In this document: in pieces, positions 58,324-64,000 of the stretch
Layout of the letters: each line of letters begins with the position of its first letter
Position numbering within the stretch: the first letter of the stretch is position 1
Assembly: GCA_050250895.1 (NCBI GenBank)
Contig: JBFWNU010000002.1
Span: 375,575 to 439,574 of the forward strand
Direction: 5' to 3'
Origin: Vulcanimicrobiota bacterium
GTDB lineage: Bacteria; Vulcanimicrobiota; Xenobia; Xenobiales; JADMJV01
DNA: 64,000 bases
The notes under the pieces: generated by a model
Seen by the model: the letters and a program-made list of their open reading frames with translations, nothing else
The model's database searches: none
Told to the model about the DNA's origin: nothing
Position numbers and translations under genes: made by a program

Positions 58324-59273
58324 GGTAGGGGAACCGTTCTCCAGTCGCTCTCGCTGGTAGGAAGGTGTTCGGCCAGGCGAAACGAGTCGGACGAATCCTC
58401 CTCGAAGCGATAGCGATACAGCGAGCGCTGGCCCGACACTCCGGCCGCGAACAGCAATTCGGAACCGTCCGGAGAAAAACAGGGAAACGCGGGATTCTTG
58501 GGCAGCTCCAGCCGGGTCAGCGTGCGAGTCTCGAGGTCGAGTATTTTGATGGCCAGTCGCTTGCGGGGGCCGTGTTCGCTGCCGAAGGCCAGCTTCTTGC
58601 CATCGGGCGACCAGGTCGGCGAGCCGTCGACAATCCCCTCGTCCTGGGTCAAGCGCTCGAAGGTGTGGTGCTCGACATCGAACAGATAAAGCTCGGGATA
58701 GCCGTTGCGATGGGTGACAAAGGCTACCTGCTCGCCGTTGGGAGACCAGGATGGAGCGGTGTTGTCGGTCTGGTCATAGGTCAGCCTTTGGACCGACAGG
58801 TCCTCGAGCCGCAGCAGAGCTAACTCGTTGGCCCCCCAACGATTGGTGGAAAAGACCAGCCGCTGCCCCTCGGGCGACCAGCTGGGATGATGGTCGTCAG
58901 ACGGACCTTTGGTCAGGCGGCGCCGGTTCTTGCCCTTGAGATCCACCGTGAAGAGATCCCAATTCAGACGTCCCGAACTGACCACGACGTCCTCGATGCC
59001 GCGGTAGGCGATCAGGCCGCTGGCGGCGGAAAGGGCTGGCTCGGTCTCGGGCCCGCGAAACGCGGTGACTCGCTTGAGTTCTTTGCCGTCGGGTCGCACG
59101 ACATAGAGCTTGGGAATGCCCTGGGGGTCCGAGACGAAGAGGATCCGCTCAGACAAAGGGCCGGCGGCCATCGGAGCCACCAGCCCTAAGAGTGCGACCA
59201 GCGCGAAGAGTGCTCTAGCGGCCGTCCCAGCTGGAGGGGTGAATGTGCGTAACAAGGTAGGCCACTTCGTCAT
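58317..59273 (-). CDS. TolB-like PD40 beta-propeller protein (start uncertain)
   Basis: Repeated P.WSP(D/E/N)G motifs; signal-peptide-like segment. Confidence 0.85.
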   Translation of the reverse strand: MTKWPTLLRTFTPPAGTAARALFALVALLGLVAPMAAGPLSERILFVSDPQGIPKLYVVRPDGKELKRVTAFRGPETEPALSAASGLIAYRGIEDVVVSSGRLNWDLFTVDLKGKNRRRLTKGPSDDHHPSWSPEGQRLVFSTNRWGANELALLRLEDLSVQRLTYDQTDNTAPSWSPNGEQVAFVTHRNGYPELYLFDVEHHTFERLTQDEGIVDGSPTWSPDGKKLAFGSEHGPRKRLAIKILDLETRTLTRLELPKNPAFPCFSPDGSELLFAAGVSGQRSLYRYRFEEDSSDSFRLAEHLPTSESDWRTVPLPW

Positions 59274-59832
59274 GAAGCTGAGTGTTCCAACGGTTCGAGT
59301 AGTCGGTGCGAACGGCGAAGGCATAGGTGTTGCCCCAGCGCTGCAGAGCGTAGACTTCATACCAGTAGTTGCCGAAGGCGTCGGTGCCGGTGGCCTTGAA
59401 AGCCGGGATGCCGGCGATATTCACCTGCTCGGCCGAACTCCAGTTGCCACAGGTGATGCCACGCATGCGGTCGACCATCTGCGAGACCACGGCTCGCGGG
59501 GGCTGGTTGGCCACACGGCCATTGGCCCAAACGCCCAGCCGGCTGCGCAGGCCAAGGCGCATATACTCTTCGTCGGCACCCATCGCGCCTTTACGGTTGG
59601 GACGATAAGTGTCGGTGGAGAGCCACATGTGCACTTTTCCGCCATCGAGGGGATAGGTAGCGGAGCGGTCCCAGGTATTGAAGCCCGTCCAGTTGATGTC
59701 GAACGGCGTGTTCGTCAAAGTATGACAGGTCTTGCCGTGCATTTTGGCCGACCCCATTTCATCGGCGCCAGCCGAGAGACAAACGGTTGCCGCCAGGGCC
59801 ACCGTTAGAGCGACGCGGAACAGTGAGCGCAT
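59215..59832 (-). CDS. Secreted hypothetical protein
   Basis: GGAGG SD; signal peptide ending AGA-D. Confidence 0.72.
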   Translation of the reverse strand: MRSLFRVALTVALAATVCLSAGADEMGSAKMHGKTCHTLTNTPFDINWTGFNTWDRSATYPLDGGKVHMWLSTDTYRPNRKGAMGADEEYMRLGLRSRLGVWANGRVANQPPRAVVSQMVDRMRGITCGNWSSAEQVNIAGIPAFKATGTDAFGNYWYEVYALQRWGNTYAFAVRTDYSNRWNTQLHDEVAYLVTHIHPSSWDGR

Positions 59833-59969
59833 CGTGTTGATCCTCCCAAAGTGAAACTAGACGATTGGCCTTCGTCGAAAATTCTTCGAGTCCTCTTGAA
59901 GCCTTCCCAAGGCGGGCTCGGCCCGCGATGGTGACAGGAAACTGGCAAGTCGCCGGGAAATGCCTGCCG

Positions 59970-61241
59970 ATGCCAGCCAGGGTCATACCTCGGGACAAGC
60001 ACCCGATCTCCCGCAAGGACATCGATCCTTGCGCCCTCAAGGTGCTATATCGTCTGTATCGCTCCGGCCATACCGCCTATCTGGTGGGGGGCGGAGTGCG
60101 CGATCTCTTCTTGAACCGAGCACCCAAGGACTTCGACGTGGTCACCTCGGCCCGTCCCTCGCAGGTCAAGAAGCTCTTTCGCAACTGCCGCCTGATCGGG
60201 CGCCGTTTTCGCCTGGCTCACGTGCACTTTTCGGCCGGGCGACTGGTCGAGGTGGCCACCTTTCGTAGCGATCCCGGCGGCCTGGACGCATCCGACGATC
60301 TGCTCGTGCGGGAAGACAACACCTTCGGCAGCCCCGAGGAAGATGCGCTGCGGCGCGACTTCACCATCAACGGGCTCTTCTATGATGTAGCCGACTTTTC
60401 GGTCATCGACTATGTGGGCGGGGTCGAGGATGTTCAGCGCGGCATCGTGCGCACCATCCGCGACCCCTGGACTCGCTTTCAAGAGGATCCCATCCGCCTG
60501 CTGCGAGCCATCAAGTTCGCCGCCCGGCTCGGCTTTCGCATCGAAGCCAAGACCTGGGAGGCTTTGTGCGACTCGCGCGAGGCTATCTCGAAGTGCGCTC
60601 CCCCACGAGTCTTCGAGGACTTTGCCCGCCTGCTCGAGGAAGGGTCGGCTTGCCGCTCACTCGAGCTGCTCGAAGAGTCTGGCCTGTTGGGCCTGATGGA
60701 ACCTCATGTCGACCGCTACCTCGTCGACTCGGCCCGGGGCAAGATGGTGGAGGATCCTGACGGAGAGTTGCTTTTTCGGCTGCTCGAGTCGGCCGACGAC
60801 ATGCGGGCTGGCGGTCGTCAACTCAGCCGGGCCGTCCTTTTCGCGGCCTGGATTTTACCCCTGGTTCTCGAAGAAGGCTTGTTGAGCGGCTCCAATCCCG
60901 ACACCATCGTGCGCAAGACGGCGCATCGCGTGCTGCAACCCATCGGCGTCTCGCGCCGCGACGGCGAGCGGGTTCAGCAGATTCTCCTGGCCCAACGCCG
61001 GCTTCGCCCCAAGAACAAAAAGCGAGCGGCCGCCCCCAAATCCTTCCACCAGAAGTCTTACTTCGGTGAGTCGCTCGACCTGTTCGAGCTTTTCGTCAAG
61101 GCCAGCGGTCATTGGACCGAAGAACTCGACTATTGGCGCTCGTTCCGCCGCCAGTCTCGGGTCGAGCGGGAAGATTCCGGCGGTGACGGCTCGCCCCGCA
61201 AACGCAAGCGACGGCGAGTGCGCCGCCGGAGGACCGAGTAA
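59970..61241 (+). CDS. pcnB: Poly(A) polymerase I
   Basis: VGGGVRD, KDFD, PAP signature LIGRRFRLAHVHF, RRDFTIN, EDPIR; Arg-rich C-tail. Confidence 0.92.
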   Translation: MPARVIPRDKHPISRKDIDPCALKVLYRLYRSGHTAYLVGGGVRDLFLNRAPKDFDVVTSARPSQVKKLFRNCRLIGRRFRLAHVHFSAGRLVEVATFRSDPGGLDASDDLLVREDNTFGSPEEDALRRDFTINGLFYDVADFSVIDYVGGVEDVQRGIVRTIRDPWTRFQEDPIRLLRAIKFAARLGFRIEAKTWEALCDSREAISKCAPPRVFEDFARLLEEGSACRSLELLEESGLLGLMEPHVDRYLVDSARGKMVEDPDGELLFRLLESADDMRAGGRQLSRAVLFAAWILPLVLEEGLLSGSNPDTIVRKTAHRVLQPIGVSRRDGERVQQILLAQRRLRPKNKKRAAAPKSFHQKSYFGESLDLFELFVKASGHWTEELDYWRSFRRQSRVEREDSGGDGSPRKRKRRRVRRRRTE

Positions 61242-61921
61242 TGAACGCCAAACGCGTGGCGGCCGAGGCCGCCCTGGCCTATGTCGAGAACGGCATGCGG
61301 GTGGGCCTGGGCACCGGCTCGACCGCCCTCGAGATGCTCGAACTGCTGGCTGAACGAATCCGCGGCGGCTTGACCATCGAAGGTATTCCCACCTCAGAGG
61401 GCACGGCCGCCCGGGCGCGGGAGCTGAACATTCCCCTGGCCGCCGACTACCCCAGCCGGCTGGCCAATCAGGTGACCCTCGACGGCGCCGACCGGGTCGA
61501 CCCCGAGGGCAATCTCATTAAAGGCGGGGGCGGGGCGCTCTTGCGCGAAAAGCTGGTGGCTCGGGCGGCCGATCGGGTGGTCATCATGGTCGACCCCTCC
61601 AAGCATCTGCCTGTGCTCGGCCCGGGCTTTGCCCTGCCGGTCGAGATCGTGCCTTTTGGCCAGGTCGAGACCCTGCTGGCGCTGGAACGTTGCGGCTGCC
61701 AGCCAAACCTGCGCAAGCAAGACGATCAGCCTTTTCTCACCGATGGAGGCCACCTGATCGCCGACTGCACTTTTGGGCCGATCCACGACCCCCGCGCCCT
61801 CGAGTTGCGCCTCTCGGCGCTAGTAGGAGTGGTCGAGACCGGCCTCTTCGTGGGTCTGACGGATGTCGTCGTGACCGGCCATCCCGACGGCCACGTGGAG
61901 ACCCTGGAATGCCGCCGATAA
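61241..61921 (+). CDS. rpiA: Ribose-5-phosphate isomerase A
   Basis: GLGTGST, DGAD, IKGGGGALLREK, GVVETGLF. Confidence 0.96.
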   Translation: MNAKRVAAEAALAYVENGMRVGLGTGSTALEMLELLAERIRGGLTIEGIPTSEGTAARARELNIPLAADYPSRLANQVTLDGADRVDPEGNLIKGGGGALLREKLVARAADRVVIMVDPSKHLPVLGPGFALPVEIVPFGQVETLLALERCGCQPNLRKQDDQPFLTDGGHLIADCTFGPIHDPRALELRLSALVGVVETGLFVGLTDVVVTGHPDGHVETLECRR

Positions 61922-62256
61922 GCAAAGAAGTGATGGTCGAGTTCCAGCCTCGCGGCCTGAGGGACAGAGTTCCCGTCGGCGTCACCTTGCTCGAAGCCGC
62001 CGGCCTGGTAGGCCAGGAGCTACGCCACGTCTGCGGAGGCAACGCCAATTGCACCACCTGTCGCGTCCAGGTCGTGCGAGGGGCCGACTTTCTCTCGCCC
62101 CCCGAAGGTCGAGAGGCCAAACGGCTGCCGGCCATGCGACTCGAACAGGGCTGGCGCCTGTCCTGCCAAACCCGGGTCAAAGGCCCGGTGGCCGTGCGAG
62201 TCCCGAGCATCGGCGAATGGATCGAACTCAACAATCAAGAGGTACACCCAGAATGA
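61909..62256 (+). CDS. 2Fe-2S ferredoxin
   Basis: CGGNANCTTC...RLSCQ. Confidence 0.9.
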   Translation: MPPISKEVMVEFQPRGLRDRVPVGVTLLEAAGLVGQELRHVCGGNANCTTCRVQVVRGADFLSPPEGREAKRLPAMRLEQGWRLSCQTRVKGPVAVRVPSIGEWIELNNQEVHPE

Positions 62257-62606
62257 ATTGCCCCCGCTGCCAATCCCGAATGCTCGACGTTTCCATTGCG
62301 AAAGACCTGGCCAAGATCGAACTCTGCCCCGGCTGCAATGGTTCGTTCTATCAGCGGGCCGAGTTTGAAGCGGTGCTGAGTATGACCCGGGTGGCCCTGG
62401 AACGCTCCCCCCTTCGCCCTATCCTGAGCGCCGAGCGCCTGGACGGCATTGCCCTGCACCGCCCGGTGGAGTGCCCGGTCTGCGGCGAGACGATGAAACG
62501 CACCGAGTTCTCCCAAGCCTGCCCGGTCGAGGTCGACGTCTGCATCGCCCACGGCATCTGGCTCGACGACGGCGAACTCGCCCGCGTCCACGACTCGCTG
62601 GCCTAA
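62253..62606 (+). CDS. Tandem zf-TFIIB zinc-ribbon protein
   Basis: CPRC..CPGCNG; CPVC..DVC..HGIWLDDGEL. Confidence 0.85.
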   Translation: MNCPRCQSRMLDVSIAKDLAKIELCPGCNGSFYQRAEFEAVLSMTRVALERSPLRPILSAERLDGIALHRPVECPVCGETMKRTEFSQACPVEVDVCIAHGIWLDDGELARVHDSLA

Positions 62607-62613
62607 CGTTGGC

Positions 62614-62793
62614 AACGACTTCGTCGTTGAGGGGAGCGCCGACTTCGTCGTCGAGAGGGGAGCCGGGCTGCGCCCGGAGAGGGGAGCACTGGCTTCGCTT
62701 GCGCTCGCCAGTGAGACGGGAGCGACGGCGGAGCCGTCGAGTTTTTGAGATACTCGACGCTGCGCGTCGAAACACTGGCGCGGCTGCGCCGCG
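62614..62793. repeat. Triloop mini-hairpin chain (family of 20081-20762)
   Basis: AACGAC-TTC-GTCGTT, AGAGGGGAG, CCGGGC-TGC-GCCCGG, TCGACGC-TGC-GCGTCGA, CGCGGC-TGC-GCCGCG. Confidence 0.85.
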
Positions 62794-62803
62794 ATCTTCT
62801 GGT

Positions 62804-63665
62804 CACTTCCGCCGCGGAAGTCCGCCGGGTCTCGCCTGGCGAGTCGACTTCCAGCTGGAAGACCCGCCAAGCCAGACAAACTCGCCATGGCCACTTCCGC
62901 GCGGGAGACTGCCGGCTCGGCCCGGCCGGTCGCGAGGGAACTAGATTCGGCGTACCACGCTGCCGAATGGCCGGGCCAGGGCCAGACAACCTCGCCATGG
63001 CCACTTCCGCGCGGAAGTCCGCCGGCTCGGCCCGTCGGGTCGCGGCCTGGGCGAGCAGCCCGCCTGGACACCTCCGCCGCGGAAGCCTGCTGGGCCGCTC
63101 GGCCGTCGGGCAGGCAAGGTGCGCTGGCGACTTCCAGCTGGAAGACCCGCCAGGCCAGACAACCTCGCCATGGCCACTTCCGCACGGAAGACTGCCGGCT
63201 CGGCCCGGCGGGTCGCGGCCTGGGCGATTAGCCGGCCTGGTCACTTCCGTCGCGGACGACTGCTGGGCCGCTGGTCCGTCGGGCAGGCAAGGTGCGCTGA
63301 CGACTTCCAGCTGGAAGACCCGCCAAGCCAGACAACCTCGCCATGGCCACTTCCGCACGGAAGACTGCCGGCTCGGCCCGGCGGGTCGCGGCCTGGGCGA
63401 TTAGCCGGCCTGGTCACTTCCGTCGCGGACGACTGCTGGGCCCCTGGGCCGTCGGGCAGGCAAGGTGCGCTGGCGACTTCCAGTTGGAAGACCCGCCAGG
63501 CCAGACAACCTCGCCATGCCACTTCCGCGCGGAAGTCCGCCGGCTCGGCCCGGCGGGTCGCGGCCTGGGCGAGCAGCCCGCCTGGACACTTCCGCCGCGG
63601 AAGCCTGCTGGGCCGCTGGGCCGTCGGGCAGGCAAGGTGCGCTGACGACTCCCAGCTGGAAGACC
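62804..63665. repeat. 173-bp tandem repeat (about 4 copies plus a partial), each with three CTTCC-N4/5-GGAAG-type palindromes
   Basis: GCCAGACAACCTCGCCATG at 62981, 63154, 63327, 63500; variant at 62871. Confidence 0.93.
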
Positions 63666-63803
63666 CGGCCTCGGCCCGGCCAGTCGCGAGGGGACTAAAT
63701 TCGGCCTCCACACCCCGTCCGATGTGGCAAAACCCTAACGCATAAAGTAAGCGGTGCCTGGAGAGCGTTGGCCGCCGGGTCGGCTTGGCCTGGGCGGCGG
63801 GTT

Positions 63804-63883
63804 GTGCGCCGTACACTTTGAAACGACCGTTGTACGGCGTACACGTGCGCCGTACACTCGGGATTTCGGCCTGTACGGCGCAC
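63804..63883. repeat. REP-like element: GTGCGCCGTACA-N15-TGTACGGCGYAC x2 (41-bp period)
   Basis: Half-sites at 63804, 63831, 63845, 63872. Confidence 0.8.
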
Positions 63884-64000
63884 ACTTTTCTCCGACGGCC
63901 GGTAAATTCGCCAGGACGCTCACAACACGCCCCCCACAACCCTCTCCGCGCCCTCCTGATCTCCGCGGTTTATTTCTCAGGCGCCCCACTGGCGAGCCAC

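Noticed and set aside
62603-63989. Long ORFs on both strands in the terminal repeat region
   Set aside because: The 173-bp period shifts frame each unit; the same peptide blocks recur in all frames; no SD or domain.

Overview
GC-rich bacterial chromosomal window with about 55 CDSs and one tRNA-Asn. The gene style (many orphan proteins with Pro/Ser/Thr-rich N-termini, a pilin-like triad) is reminiscent of Vulcanimicrobiota/Eremiobacterota, but that is inference only. Housekeeping genes include a beta-CASP nuclease, speB, speE, gmhB, trmB, ABC-F, HDAC, natAB-like, proA, radical SAM, lysN/MocR, gltB, pcnB and rpiA. Most notable signals: (1) about 11 unrelated proteins share an FlgM/type-III-like non-Sec N-terminal leader, suggesting a dispersed secretome; (2) a divergent pair of a cyclooxygenase/alpha-dioxygenase-family heme peroxidase and a catalase-related protein, a candidate oxylipin pathway, with an altered YxxH motif; (3) a dispersed family of GNA-triloop mini-hairpin chains joined by a constant 9-nt linker, two of which bracket an orphan DUF2750-CdiI immunity cassette in inverted orientation; (4) a signal-peptide uORF ending in RPPP with a perfect anti-SD to the downstream gene, a candidate arrest-peptide switch; (5) a 1.3-kaa protein built from apparently heme-less cytochrome-c-like modules; (6) a doubly inactivated FitAB/VapBC pair; (7) three further palindromic repeat arrays. 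No cas genes, integrase or transposase were seen. All family assignments come from motif recognition by eye, not database searches.
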